DNA from: an uncultured delta proteobacterium
GTDB lineage: Bacteria; Desulfobacterota; Desulfomonilia; UBA1062
Direction of reading: 5' to 3'
Assembly: GCA_963798485.1 (NCBI GenBank)
Contig: CAWCTR010000007.1
Location: 256,001 to 320,000, forward strand
Length of the DNA: 64,000 nt
Shown piece by piece: positions 17,902 to 30,911 of the stretch. Every line of letters starts with the position of its first letter. Position 1 is the first letter of the stretch. The notes beneath the pieces are model-generated. The model was not told the origin of the DNA. It saw only the letters and a list, made by a program, of their open reading frames with translations, and did not search any database. Position numbers and translations under genes: made by a program.

Positions 17902-19083
17902 ATGGATATCAACCCCATACTGAAGACGGCAGTGGAAACCACGGCATCCGACGTACATATCAAGGTCGGCCTGCCCCCGGTAATCAGGCGGTTCGGCGCG
18001 CTGATCCCCATGCGCGACCAGAACAAGCTATCAAACGAAGACATCTATGCCATGGCGTACAGCATCATGAACCAGTATCAGCAGGCCAAGTTCGAGACCA
18101 CCAACGAGATCGACTTTGCCTACAGCCTCTCCCATGTGGCCAGGTTCAGGGTCAACTGCTTCAAGCAGAGGGGCAGCTATGGTATGGTATTCAGGATCGT
18201 GCCCACCGACCCCCCGCAACTTGAAGACCTGGGGCTGCCCGAGGTGCTCAAAAAGATCAGCCTCGAACGCAAGGGGCTCATCCTGGTTACCGGCACAACC
18301 GGTTCGGGCAAGTCCACCACGCTGGCCGCCATGGTTGACCACATCAACGCGAACCGGAATTGCCACGTGATCACCATCGAGGACCCCATCGAATTCCTCC
18401 ATAAGGACAGGAAATCCATCATCAACCAGCGGGAGGTGGGTTCGGACACGAACTCCTTTGCCATGGCTTTACGGGCCGCCTTAAGGCAGGACCCGGACGT
18501 TATCCTGGTGGGCGAGATGCGTGACCGCGAGACTATTGATATTGCACTCACCGCGGCGGAGACAGGCCACCTTGTGTTCTCCACCCTGCACACCCTGGAT
18601 GCGCAGGAGACCATCATGCGTATCGTCTCCCAGTACCCGCCCCACCAGCACCTGCAGATACGCCTTCAGCTCGCGGGTGTGCTGAAGGCAGCCATATCCC
18701 AGAGGCTGCTGCCCAAGATCGACGGACAGGGAGTTATACCAGCAGCCGAGATCCTGGTATCCACGGCCATGGTGCGGGAGTGTATCGTAGACGAACACAG
18801 GACATCAGAGATATCCGATGCAATAGCCGACGGCACCATATCTTATGGGATGCAGACCTTTGACCAGTCCCTCATGTCTCTGGTAAAGGAAGGCAAGGTC
18901 AGCTATCACGAGGCCATGCGCAACGCTACCAATCCCAACGACTTCGCACTGCGCATGAAGGGTATCCGCGGCACGTCCGACGGCAAGTGGGACCAGTTCG
19001 AAAAAGAGGAACCGGAAGGGGAGGACGATGCCTTTGCCAAGACGACCGTCTACCAGCAAGGCAAGTATCGCGACGTCGAGTGA
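17902..19083 (+). CDS. pilT: PilT/PilU-family pilus retraction ATPase
   Basis: 'GTTGSGKSTT', 'TIEDPIE', 'LRQDPDVILVGEMRD', 'AETGHLVFSTLHT', 'GMQTFDQ'. Confidence 0.9.
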   Translation: MDINPILKTAVETTASDVHIKVGLPPVIRRFGALIPMRDQNKLSNEDIYAMAYSIMNQYQQAKFETTNEIDFAYSLSHVARFRVNCFKQRGSYGMVFRIVPTDPPQLEDLGLPEVLKKISLERKGLILVTGTTGSGKSTTLAAMVDHINANRNCHVITIEDPIEFLHKDRKSIINQREVGSDTNSFAMALRAALRQDPDVILVGEMRDRETIDIALTAAETGHLVFSTLHTLDAQETIMRIVSQYPPHQHLQIRLQLAGVLKAAISQRLLPKIDGQGVIPAAEILVSTAMVRECIVDEHRTSEISDAIADGTISYGMQTFDQSLMSLVKEGKVSYHEAMRNATNPNDFALRMKGIRGTSDGKWDQFEKEEPEGEDDAFAKTTVYQQGKYRDVE

Positions 19084-19496
19084 CGGGGTGCGCTATGCAC
19101 TCTCAGTCATCTCAAGACGGGCCGTATCTTCCTTTGAGTTAAAAAAAAACTCCATGACAAGGGCGCCCCGGAAGGCGTGATCGAGGCTACCATAGGGCGT
19201 ATCAGGGAACTAGGCTACCTTGATGATAATGCCTATGCCGCCCGCAGGGCAGTGATCCTGGCGGAAAAGGGCTATGGGGACTTTGCCATCAGGGTTTTTC
19301 TGGAAGGCATCGGTTTGCCGGAATCCTTTGTGACAAGCGCCGTATCGGCCTTGCCCAAAGAGCTCGGTGAACGGGGAAGGATAAAAAAGATAATCAAAAA
19401 AAGGGGGGGCCTGCCAAGGGAAAGGCTTATCCGTTTCCTTGCAGGCAGGGGCTTCCCCATTGATCTTATACTTGATGAAACAGGCGGGGTTGATGC

Positions 19497-19500
<4 letters not shown>
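19028..19500 (+). pseudogene. recX: RecX, frameshifted in an A9 tract (19141-19149)
   Basis: Upstream frame 'YALSVISRRAVSSFELKK' joins 'LHDKGAPEGVIEATIGRIRELGYLDDNAYA...FLAGRGF' only if one A is added. Confidence 0.75.
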
Positions 19501-22150
<2,650 letters not shown>

Positions 22151-22154
<4 letters not shown>

Positions 22155-22729
22155 GAGAGGCCACTGTCACGAGAAAGACCAAGGAGACGGAGATCTCGGT
22201 AACCATCTGCCTTGATGGCGGGGAGTTCAAGGTGAACATACCCTCCGGGTTCCTTACGCACATGCTCGATGCCTTTGCCAAGCATGCAGGTATCGGGCTC
22301 AAGGTGGAGGCCAAAGGCGATGTGCATGTAGACCTGCACCACACGGTGGAGGATATCGGCATCGTGCTGGGCAAGGCCATCAAGGGCGCATTAGGCGAGA
22401 AGCGCGGGATTACCCGATACGGCCTGGCCAAGGTCCCCATGGACGAATCATTGGTAGAGGCATGCCTGGATATCTCGGGCAGGCCGTTCTTTGTTATCCA
22501 TGGGGGGGATGTCTTCCACGGCAAGGCGGGCGACCTTGACCTGGAACTCGTGCCTGAATTCTTCCGGTCGCTCACCTTCCAGGCAGGCATCACCCTGCAC
22601 ATGACCATCTTTGCCTCGGGCAACGGCCACCATCTGGCAGAGGCCTGTTTCAAGGCCTTTGCACGGGCCTTCAAGGAGGCGGCAGCCGTAACGGGCACGG
22701 ACATACCATCCACCAAGGCCCACTTATGA
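22151..22729 (+). CDS. hisB: Imidazoleglycerol-phosphate dehydratase
   Basis: 'RKTKETEI', 'DLHHTVEDIGI', 'PMDES', 'NGHHLAEACFKA'. Confidence 0.93.
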
Positions 22730-22983
22730 AATTCCACCCTGCCCGGGTGAAGACCTTTGACTGCCACAAACATCCGGGCCGGCCTGTCTCGTTCGATATG
22801 AGCGGAACAGGCATTGAGATCGAGGAAATCCTGGAACACTGGAGCGAGGCATATCAGGACCCGAGCTTTTTTCCTGACGAATATTATAAGATAAAGGCCT
22901 CTGACGGCCACGTGTATATCCTGAAATACTCCATCCTTTTCAAGAGTTGGTGGGTAAAGGAGTTCGAGGGGCTTATTGCATGA
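22726..22983 (+). CDS. Small hypothetical protein
   Basis: ATGA overlaps with both hisB and hisA (translational coupling); no family recognised. Confidence 0.6.
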   Translation: MKFHPARVKTFDCHKHPGRPVSFDMSGTGIEIEEILEHWSEAYQDPSFFPDEYYKIKASDGHVYILKYSILFKSWWVKEFEGLIA

Positions 22984-23705
22984 TTATTATACCGGCCATA
23001 GATCTGCACCAGGGCCAGGTGGTGAGGCTGAAGAAGGGAAAATTCGACGAGGTGACGGTATACAGCCGCTTTCCTGCCGATGTGGCGAAGTCTTTTGCCG
23101 ATGCAGGCGCCAAGCGCATACATGTGGTGGACCTCGACGGGTCGGTGGCGGGAAAGGGCATGAACGTGCAGGCCATCTCGTCGATCTGCTCTGCCGTGGG
23201 TGTTGAGGTGGAACTCGGCGGCGGCATCCGGAGTTTAGACGATGCCCGGCGCACGTTCGACCTCGGGGTCGGCTATGTCATCCTGGGCACCGTGGTGGCC
23301 AAGGACCCTAAGACCGCAGAGGCTATCATCAGCGCATGCCCGGGCAAGGTCGGCATCGGGATCGACGCCCTTAACGGCAAGGTGGCCGTGCAGGGCTGGA
23401 AGGAAGTCACGGGGCAGACCGCTGTAGACCTGGCACAGCACTATGAACGGTTCAACCCGGCCTTCATCGTGTATACCGACATCTCCCGAGACGGCATGCT
23501 CACAGGCCCGAACATCGTTGCCACTGCAGCCCTTGCCTCCGTGGTCAAAACCCCTGTTGTCGCATCCGGCGGTGTCGGCAGCATGGATGATATCAGGGCG
23601 CTCCTGCAGGCCGGAGGCCTCTACGGGGCCATTGTGGGCAAGGCCATCTATGAAGGCCGTGTAGATGTGAAACAGGCCGTTATCTTGGCACAAAACTACC
23701 TATAA
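22980..23705 (+). CDS. hisA: HisA ProFAR isomerase
   Basis: 'IPAIDL..GQVVRL', 'HVVDLDG', 'GGGIRS', 'YTDISRDGMLTGPN'. Confidence 0.95.
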   Translation: MIIIPAIDLHQGQVVRLKKGKFDEVTVYSRFPADVAKSFADAGAKRIHVVDLDGSVAGKGMNVQAISSICSAVGVEVELGGGIRSLDDARRTFDLGVGYVILGTVVAKDPKTAEAIISACPGKVGIGIDALNGKVAVQGWKEVTGQTAVDLAQHYERFNPAFIVYTDISRDGMLTGPNIVATAALASVVKTPVVASGGVGSMDDIRALLQAGGLYGAIVGKAIYEGRVDVKQAVILAQNYL

Positions 23706-23717
23706 CATGCAGGGAGG

Positions 23718-24059
23718 GTGAAGATGGACTGTATCTTCTGTAAGATCGTTAAGGGCGAGATCCCTTCCACCAGGGTATATGAGGATGACCTTGTCGTTGC
23801 ATTCGACGACATAGAGCCCCTTGCCCCGGTGCACGTCGTTGTTGTCCCCAAAAAACACATAGCATCCCTCAACGATATCAACGACAAAGATATCTGGTTC
23901 GCCATGCTCACAGCAGCCCAGCAGGTTGCCAAAAAGAAGGGCGTGGCCGAATCGGGCTACCGCATTGCAGTGAACTGCGGACACCACGGCACCCAGATCG
24001 TCATGCACCTCCACCTCCACGTTCTGGGCGGCAGGCAGCTCGAAGGTAAGATGGGCTGA
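23718..24059 (+). CDS. hinT: Histidine triad nucleotide-binding protein
   Basis: 'DCIFCKI', 'HLHLHVLGG'. Confidence 0.9.
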   Translation: MKMDCIFCKIVKGEIPSTRVYEDDLVVAFDDIEPLAPVHVVVVPKKHIASLNDINDKDIWFAMLTAAQQVAKKKGVAESGYRIAVNCGHHGTQIVMHLHLHVLGGRQLEGKMG

Positions 24060-24084
24060 AAAACGGAACGGCCGCGACCGTTCC

Positions 24085-25239
24085 CTACTCTACATACACT
24101 ACGAATCCGGCCTGGTGCATGCCCTGGGGGTGAGAGGGCAGAGAGGGGAAGTCCGCCCCCTGGGAAAGGGGCGAAAGTATCTTTGCCGTGCGGGACAGGC
24201 CCTGGGCGGCACGGCCGATGGCCTTGAGCAGCTCCACATAGCCGAACTGGGCCGTGACAGGCGCACAATAAAGGAGGATGCCGCCGGGTCTGAGCCGCGC
24301 CATGGAAAGTGCCACGGTCTTCCCATGCTCTTCATATTCATTGCTGAAGCCGGGGGCATCGCAGACCACCAGATCGAAGCTCCCCTGTTCATCGTTTAAG
24401 AACCTTGGCACATCGTCCCTCATGTGCCGCCAGACAAAGGGCCTGATCTTGTGGAGTTCCATGTTCTTCTTGAGCTGTACCTGGGCAGGCGCGGATGAGT
24501 CTATTGAGACAACCGATTTGGCCCCTGCATGTAGCGCGCACACCGAGAACGATCCGGTGTAGGAGAACAAGTCAAGCATGTCCTTATCTTTGGCATAGCG
24601 CATGATCTTCTGCCTTGTTTCCTTATGCTCCAGGTAAAACCCGGTGCGGTCGCCGGTGAAGATGTCCACTGCAAAGGCAATCCCTTGCTCCTTAACTACA
24701 AGGTCCCGGCTCTCAATATTTCCATGGAGCGGACCGGTGGAGGGCCTTAAGCCTTCGTTGTTGCGCGTCTTGGAGTCGGAACGCTCGAAGATGCTGCATT
24801 CGGACAGGACTGATTTCAGGATATCCACCAGGTCCTGCTTGATCTCTTCCATGAAGGGCGTGATGGCCTGCAGCACCAGCATGTCGTTATAGCGGTCAAC
24901 CACCAGGCCCGGCAGACGGTCTCCCTCGGCATTGATGAGGCGGTAGCAGGTGGTGTTTTCAGGGATGATCCGCCTGCGCAGGGCCAAGGCGTTCCTGATC
25001 CTTGCCTCGAAAAAGGCCTTGTCAATGGTTTCCTTGCCAAGGGTGAGCACGCGGACCGCCAGCTGCGAGATGGGGTTGTACGTGCCCTGGCAGACAAACT
25101 GGCCCCTGGCGCCCAGCACCCTGCAGAGGTGTTCCTGTTCCGGCTCACCCTGGACCTTGTCCACGGCGCCTGAATATATCCATGGGTGCCCGTGGATCAC
25201 GGGTACTTCCTTGTTGGCTTTCAGCGCTACGATCAGCAT
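24085..25239 (-). CDS. RlmI/RlmK-family SAM-dependent rRNA methyltransferase
   Basis: PUA 'GHPWIYSG', 'EGDRLPGLVVDRY', 'TGFYL', 'LDLFSYTGSFS'. Confidence 0.85.
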   Translation of the reverse strand: MLIVALKANKEVPVIHGHPWIYSGAVDKVQGEPEQEHLCRVLGARGQFVCQGTYNPISQLAVRVLTLGKETIDKAFFEARIRNALALRRRIIPENTTCYRLINAEGDRLPGLVVDRYNDMLVLQAITPFMEEIKQDLVDILKSVLSECSIFERSDSKTRNNEGLRPSTGPLHGNIESRDLVVKEQGIAFAVDIFTGDRTGFYLEHKETRQKIMRYAKDKDMLDLFSYTGSFSVCALHAGAKSVVSIDSSAPAQVQLKKNMELHKIRPFVWRHMRDDVPRFLNDEQGSFDLVVCDAPGFSNEYEEHGKTVALSMARLRPGGILLYCAPVTAQFGYVELLKAIGRAAQGLSRTAKILSPLSQGADFPSLPSHPQGMHQAGFVVYVE

Positions 25240-25414
25240 AGAGCAGAGCCTTTAACACAGTTTATTCAGCGAGGGAAGATGTGATTAGCCCCGTCTTTCA
25301 TGAAGCGTCACCCGGCTGATCTCTCCTGGGTGGCACAGGCACAGGCGCATGCGTGCCACCCAAGAAACACTATCTGCTATCCTTGCCACTCGCCGCTTAC
25401 GGAACCGGCAGAGA

Positions 25415-25927
25415 TTATCGGCTATGGCAGGTATGTTCCTCGATAAAGGAGGCAATGGCATCGATGTCTTCGAACCGGAACTGGGGGATGTCCGTATCAA
25501 GGGGCGCCTTGCTCACAATGGCCAGGAATCCTTGGCCCGGCTGTTCCACACACAAGGGCGTGGTGTAGTTCTCCCCATTGAAAACCTCGATTTTTCTGAA
25601 GGGACCGCTCTTGAATCCCTCCACAAGCACGATATCCACATCCTTTGATGCTATGGCATAGAGGTCGTCGGTTTCCGGGTGCATTGCCTCATACATGAGG
25701 AGCCCGTCGGGTGAGAACAGGATAACGCGGTCAGCCCCTCTCTGGGCGAACTTGAAGGTATCCTTGCCCTCAGGGTCAACGGCATGGCCGTGCATGGCAT
25801 GTTTCACTGCGGTTACCTTGCGGCCCCGCCTCTTCAACTCGGTTATGAGACGCTCTATGAGATATGTCTTTCCGCTGTTCGTTCCCTGGGCGATAAAGGA
25901 GATGACATTTCGGTATGGCGTGTCCAC
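25415..25927 (-). CDS. mobB: Molybdopterin-guanine dinucleotide biosynthesis protein B
   Basis: 'NSGKT', 'VKH', 'GKDT', 'DIVLVEGFK'. Confidence 0.88.
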   Translation of the reverse strand: MDTPYRNVISFIAQGTNSGKTYLIERLITELKRRGRKVTAVKHAMHGHAVDPEGKDTFKFAQRGADRVILFSPDGLLMYEAMHPETDDLYAIASKDVDIVLVEGFKSGPFRKIEVFNGENYTTPLCVEQPGQGFLAIVSKAPLDTDIPQFRFEDIDAIASFIEEHTCHSR

Positions 25928-26049
25928 CAGGTGATGTATAGTTCGTCATGATTGCATGAGTCAAGAAAAAGGCACAGGTAAAGACGCATAAGAAGCTGGG
26001 GAAATGAAAGGTGTTCCTTTTTTGTCACGAGCCGGAAGTCAATATCTAC

Positions 26050-26499
26050 TCACTGATTGGGTTGCGCCTGCTGTGCAGAAACCACCGGGTGCCGGTGCGA
26101 ATAGCTCTGCTTATCGCAGATGACCTGCATGGCGCTCCGGCTCTTGGCATTGATGATGATGGGCCCCAGAAGGTTAATGGTCATTCGCTTGGGGTCATTG
26201 CGGGGTATGGTAACGATGCAGACTACCTCAAGGTCGGCCTCCTGCTTGGCATCGAGCTCGTTCATGACGTTCTCATCCACGTCGATGGAGTAGTCGGCCT
26301 TTACGAGCTGCGGGTTCATGACCACAAAGGCCAGGTCGCCATTCTCAACACTCTGGAGCCAGAAGAAGGGTGAATCTTCACTATGGGGGAACAGGAGGTA
26401 TTGCTTGTTCTTGGCAAATCCCAGGATACCCCTTGGGAACGTTATTACCTTATCTTCCTGAACCGCTATCTTTCCGAAACGCAGCGTTTCAATTTCCAA
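26050..26499 (-). CDS. fliW: Flagellar assembly factor FliW
   Basis: 'FPRGILGF', 'PFFWLQS', 'MTINLLGPIIIN'; TTG start after AGGGGG. Confidence 0.92.
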   Translation of the reverse strand: MEIETLRFGKIAVQEDKVITFPRGILGFAKNKQYLLFPHSEDSPFFWLQSVENGDLAFVVMNPQLVKADYSIDVDENVMNELDAKQEADLEVVCIVTIPRNDPKRMTINLLGPIIINAKSRSAMQVICDKQSYSHRHPVVSAQQAQPNQ

Positions 26500-26509
26500 G
26501 ATTTTCCCC

Positions 26510-27619
26510 CTATGTGATGTAATCAACAAGACTCAAGCCAGTGATCATGGAGGCGCTCTTCAATGTCGCCTGGTAGATCGTCTGTTGGTTCTGCAGTGAG
26601 GTTATTGCCGAGGCATAGTCAAGGTCTTCAATGTTGGACACGCTCGACTGCGTATTTAGGGTTGAACTATCGAGGGCTGTTTTCGTGTCGTCGAGCTTGT
26701 TTAGAATGGCGCCGACCTTGGCGAGGTTGTTGTTAATGACCGTATCCGAGTTGTTGATGTTGGTGAGCTCTGCACTGATCCCAGCGACGTCATTGTCCCT
26801 CAGGGCCTTTTCAAGACTTAAGAGCGACATGTACACATTCCCTTGCTGGTTCGTGAAGACCTCACTGCCCGGGATATTGGTCTGTGCGGTACTCCCTTTG
26901 CCTATCTGCACGGAGAATGTGGAGTCATTGCCCTGGTAGATGTTTTTCCACTCTCCATTATTGAACACGTACATTGTATTCTTATCGCTTACCATCACCG
27001 CGGTACCTTCGGGAGGTGCGCCCTGGTCATCCCAGTTGGCGGTGGCGGCATTGTATTGCAAGATATGGTTTTGTGTGGCGCCTGCTGCAGTGCTGATGTA
27101 TCTGGCCCCATCAACCGGTGCGGCAGGTGCTGTTGTCGACATAGTGGCAACATCGTCCTGCCACTTGCTTACATCCACATCAAGGTATGGCTGGGTCTGG
27201 GTCCTGGTTCCGCTGAAGATGTACTTGTTCCCGTACTTGGCATTGGCGTTGCTCAGGACCTCCTCCCTGAGCTGCATGACTTCCTCGGCCGCATCAGTCC
27301 TTGTGTCGGCAGTGGCGGTGGAAGAGGCCATCTGAACGGCAATCTCATTGGCCCTGGCCAGGAGGTCGTCCGTATTCTGGAGGTTCGACTCCATATTATT
27401 AAGCCATCCCGTTGAGTAGTCGATTGCCTTCCCATATTGGGTATACGAGCTCAGTTCCGTCTGATAGCCCAGTACGCTCGAAAGACCTAATGGGTCATCA
27501 GAGGGAGTATTGATGCTTTTTCCCGAGGATATCTGGCCATTAAGCTTGTACAAAATCTCCGTGTTCTGTGAGAGATCCCTGCTGATCTGAGAATAGAGCA
27601 TGCTCGTGCTGATCTTCAT
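26510..27619 (-). CDS. flgL: Flagellar hook-associated protein FlgL
   Basis: 'SSGKSINTPSDDP', 'GNKYIFSG', 'IEDLDYASAI...LSLVDYI'. Confidence 0.92.
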   Translation of the reverse strand: MKISTSMLYSQISRDLSQNTEILYKLNGQISSGKSINTPSDDPLGLSSVLGYQTELSSYTQYGKAIDYSTGWLNNMESNLQNTDDLLARANEIAVQMASSTATADTRTDAAEEVMQLREEVLSNANAKYGNKYIFSGTRTQTQPYLDVDVSKWQDDVATMSTTAPAAPVDGARYISTAAGATQNHILQYNAATANWDDQGAPPEGTAVMVSDKNTMYVFNNGEWKNIYQGNDSTFSVQIGKGSTAQTNIPGSEVFTNQQGNVYMSLLSLEKALRDNDVAGISAELTNINNSDTVINNNLAKVGAILNKLDDTKTALDSSTLNTQSSVSNIEDLDYASAITSLQNQQTIYQATLKSASMITGLSLVDYIT

Positions 27620-27628
27620 ATTTTATCC

Positions 27629-27656
27629 TTATCGGCAAAATATTTGCTGCGCTTGA
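27629..27656 (-). promoter_or_regulatory. sigma28 (FliA)-type promoter for flgL
   Basis: Minus strand TCAA-N16-GCCGATAA. Confidence 0.6.
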
Positions 27657-27661
27657 TACAA

Positions 27662-27677
27662 AGCAAAGGTCTTGCCA
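27662..27677 (-). promoter_or_regulatory. sigma54 promoter for flgL
   Basis: Minus strand TGGCAAGACCTTTGCT, GG-N10-GC. Confidence 0.7.
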
Positions 27678-27758
27678 ATAAGACCCAGGCAGGAAGAGTG
27701 ATGGTCCGGGTTGCCCGGTCTGGGGAAAAGACTTCCCCTTATGAGGTATTCTTTTCCG

Positions 27759-29045
27759 TCAAGGCCTGCTGATGTGTTCCTGAATACAGCGGCATTCCTT
27801 AATCAGGGCCTCTTCATCCACGGTGAGCGATTTGGAATCTTTCACAATGATCCTGCCGTTAATGATCACGTCTTTCACGTTCCCCCCGGTGGCGGCATAA
27901 ATAATGTGGGAGACCGGGTTATGCACAGGGACCATGTTCGGGTCCTTGCCGTTAAGCACAACGATGTCCGCATGGCCGCCGGGCTCAATCCTCCCGCCGT
28001 TAAAATGCAGCGCTTTTGCGCCGTTTTCCGTCACAAGGGTCAAGGCAGTGCATTCATCGAGCACGGTTGGGTCCATGCAGGAGATCTTGTGCAGCTTTGC
28101 CACGGTTGAGATCTCGCCTATGATGTCGAGGTTGTTGTTGCTCGCGCATCCATCGGTGCCTATACAGACGTTCACCCCGGCCTTGATCATGGCGGGCACC
28201 GGGGCAATGCCGGATGCGAGCTTCATGTTGCTCTCGGCATTGTGTGCAACAGAGACCTTTCTTTTTGCCAGCAAAGCGATGTCTTTGTCGGTGACGACCA
28301 CACAATGGGCGGCCAGTGTCTGTTCCGAGAGGCAACCGACGGAGTCCAGGAACTCGACCGGGGTCATGTTGCAGCCCTGCCTGATCTGCTCCACCTCAGC
28401 GGCCGTTTCGCTCAGGTGGATCTGGTAGATGAGGCCATACTCTGCGGTAAGCTCAAATGCCTCTTTCAGGAGCTGGGGCGTGCAGGTATATATGGAATGG
28501 GGAAAAACGGATGGCCGTACCATCTCTTCGTCCAGCCAGCGGTTTATAAAGTTGCGGGCGTGTTCGATCGTCCGCTTGGGGTCTGAAAGGGATGGTGTAG
28601 GAAACTGGAGGATCCCCTCTCCGATCCATGCCCTGATGCCGATCTCCTTGGCAGCCCTGCCCACCTCATCTTCATAGAAATACCCGTCGCAGAAGGCCGT
28701 AGTTCCGGACCGGGTCATCTCCCAGGCTGCCAGGAGAGAGCCGATGTATACGAACTCCTTGTTTACGTATTTGGCCTCTGCAGGGAAGATGTGGTCCTGG
28801 AGCCACGTCATGAGGGGCATGTCATCGGCCATGCCCCTGAAAAGGGTCATGGGTGCATGGGTATGGGTGTTGATGAGCCCCGGCATGACGATATCATCAG
28901 GGCCGCCTAAGACCTCGGTGATGCCCTGGGGGAGATCCGGCGTGATTCCGGTTATTATTGAGTCATCCACAATGACATAATGGTCTTTGAGAACATCACG
29001 GGCCGTTTTTATGACATACCCGCCTTGCACGGCGAATTTACCCAT
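27759..29045 (-). CDS. Amidohydrolase, MTA/SAH deaminase-like
   Basis: 'PGLINTHTH', 'HLSET', 'AAHCV', 'SNMKLASG', 'GTDGCASNN'. Confidence 0.85.
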   Translation of the reverse strand: MGKFAVQGGYVIKTARDVLKDHYVIVDDSIITGITPDLPQGITEVLGGPDDIVMPGLINTHTHAPMTLFRGMADDMPLMTWLQDHIFPAEAKYVNKEFVYIGSLLAAWEMTRSGTTAFCDGYFYEDEVGRAAKEIGIRAWIGEGILQFPTPSLSDPKRTIEHARNFINRWLDEEMVRPSVFPHSIYTCTPQLLKEAFELTAEYGLIYQIHLSETAAEVEQIRQGCNMTPVEFLDSVGCLSEQTLAAHCVVVTDKDIALLAKRKVSVAHNAESNMKLASGIAPVPAMIKAGVNVCIGTDGCASNNNLDIIGEISTVAKLHKISCMDPTVLDECTALTLVTENGAKALHFNGGRIEPGGHADIVVLNGKDPNMVPVHNPVSHIIYAATGGNVKDVIINGRIIVKDSKSLTVDEEALIKECRCIQEHISRP

Positions 29046-29058
29046 CGATATCTCCTCT

Positions 29059-29673
29059 TTAGAAGTCCTTGATGTTCCGGCGGTAGCGCAAGGCGCTGGC
29101 AAGCGTCACCTGGTCCATATATTTCAGTTCCCCTCCCATAGGGACGCCGGAAGCGATCCTGCTCACCGTTACACTCAGGCCCGCATCATGGATTATCTTA
29201 TTGATGTAGTGGAACGTGCCTTCTCCCTCCACCGAGGGATTTGTGGCCACGATCACCTCGCTTACCGAAGGGTTCTTGAGCCTCTCAAGGAGCTCGGAGA
29301 GCTTGATGTCTTCAGGACCGATGCCGCTCATGGGCGACATGAGCCCGTGGAGCACATGGTAAAGGCCCTTATAGGTGTTTGCCGACTCCAGGGCCAACAC
29401 ATCGCTCGGCTCTTCGACTACACAGATCTGGGTCTGGTCCCGTGAGGGGTTGAGGCAGATGGAACATTTCTGACGATCCGTGAGGTTGAAACATACCGGA
29501 CAGAGCCTGATCTGCTCGCGAACCGTTTTCAAGGTCGCTGCAAGGTCCTCGGGCAGGTTCTTTCTGTCCGCCAGGATGAAGAGCGCCAGCCGGGTCGCTG
29601 TCTTTTCACCGATGCCGGGGAGGCGTTTGAGCTGGTTGATGAGGTCCCGCAGGGGCTTGGGGTAGGGGTCCAT
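29059..29673 (-). CDS. recR: Recombination mediator RecR
   Basis: 'LPGIGEKTA', C4 zinc finger, 'ATNPSVEGEGT'. Confidence 0.95.
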   Translation of the reverse strand: MDPYPKPLRDLINQLKRLPGIGEKTATRLALFILADRKNLPEDLAATLKTVREQIRLCPVCFNLTDRQKCSICLNPSRDQTQICVVEEPSDVLALESANTYKGLYHVLHGLMSPMSGIGPEDIKLSELLERLKNPSVSEVIVATNPSVEGEGTFHYINKIIHDAGLSVTVSRIASGVPMGGELKYMDQVTLASALRYRRNIKDF

Positions 29674-29674
29674 A

Positions 29675-29992
29675 TCAAAGCAGGTCAATGGGCAGGGGGA
29701 GGCCCCCGGTGATCTGCTTCAGCTCTTCTGCCGCGAGCTCGCGCGATCGGCGGATTCCCTGATTCACTGCAGTCAGGACAAGGTCTTCGAGCATGGGGAC
29801 ATCCCTTACATCCACGCACAGCGGGTCGAGCTTGATGGAGACGAGCTCCTGCCTGCCGTTTACCGTCACGCTCACCATGCCCCCGCCGGAATCAACGGTC
29901 ACGTTCTTGCGCGCAAGCTGTTCCTGAATCTCCTTGATACGGGACTGAAGCTGTTGAGCCTGTTTGACGAGTTCCTTAAAGTCGACTTCCAT
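29675..29992 (-). CDS. YbaB/EbfC nucleoid-associated protein
   Basis: 'SGGGMVSVTVNG', 'MLEDLVLTAVN'; adjacent to recR. Confidence 0.92.
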   Translation of the reverse strand: MEVDFKELVKQAQQLQSRIKEIQEQLARKNVTVDSGGGMVSVTVNGRQELVSIKLDPLCVDVRDVPMLEDLVLTAVNQGIRRSRELAAEELKQITGGLPLPIDLL

Positions 29993-30122
29993 GGGAAAAT
30001 ACGTTAACCGCGAAGCCTTCACCTGTCAAGAAGACGCTCATGCATGATACATACCCGTCTTGACAACGAATCCGAATGCCGCGTAAAAGTCCTTGCATAA
30101 AGAATGCATCGAAGGAGGCGCC

Positions 30123-30911
30123 ATGCCCAGGACCTTCATAGACCTGTCCATTGCCATTGAAAACAGCCTGCCTAGCGATCCGCCCATGATGATCCCCAAG
30201 GTAACGTATCTCGATCACAGGCTTGGGGCGGAGACCATGAAGCTCTTCTATCCCGGCCTTACGGAGAAGGACCTTCCCGGCGGCATGGGATGGGCTATCG
30301 AGATACTGGAGGTATCAACGCACGCAGGCACACACATGGATGCGCCCTGGCATTACCACCCAACCCAGGACAAAGGGGCGCCTGCGCTGACCATCGACCA
30401 GTTCCCCTTGGAATGGGCTGTCGGGAATGGTGTGAAAGTGGATTTTTCTGCAAAACCCGACGGGTATAATATCACCTCCGAGGACATCAGGAAGGAACTC
30501 GACGTAATAGGCTATTCGCTTCAGGAGGGAGATATCTTCCTTGCCCAGAGCGGGGCGGCCCCCTACTGGGGAAAACCCGAATACCTCGTGAAAGGCTCAG
30601 GATTCGGCCACGAGGCCACAATATGGCTTGTGGAGCAGGGTGTACACGTGGTGGGCACCGACGCCTGGAGCTGGGACAGGCCGTTGCCGTTCCAGGCACG
30701 GGATTTCGAGCGAACCAAAGATGCCTCCGTAATCTGGGAAGGTCATTTTGCAGGCATCGAAAAAGGGTACTTCCAGATCGAAAAGCTCACCAACCTGGAC
30801 AAGCTCCCGACAACCGGCTTTACCTTCTATTGCTTTCCCATTAAGGTCAAGGGGGCAAGCGCGGGGTGGGTCAGGGCGGTGGCTGAGATAAAATTGATAA
30901 GGGGGGCTTAA
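30123..30911 (+). CDS. Cyclase-family metal-dependent hydrolase
   Basis: 'HAGTHMDAPWH', 'VGTDAWSWD', 'QIEKLTNL'. Confidence 0.88.
   Translation: MPRTFIDLSIAIENSLPSDPPMMIPKVTYLDHRLGAETMKLFYPGLTEKDLPGGMGWAIEILEVSTHAGTHMDAPWHYHPTQDKGAPALTIDQFPLEWAVGNGVKVDFSAKPDGYNITSEDIRKELDVIGYSLQEGDIFLAQSGAAPYWGKPEYLVKGSGFGHEATIWLVEQGVHVVGTDAWSWDRPLPFQARDFERTKDASVIWEGHFAGIEKGYFQIEKLTNLDKLPTTGFTFYCFPIKVKGASAGWVRAVAEIKLIRGA

Noticed and set aside
17902-19083. pilT between recA and recX as unusual
   Set aside because: This order is typical of deltaproteobacteria
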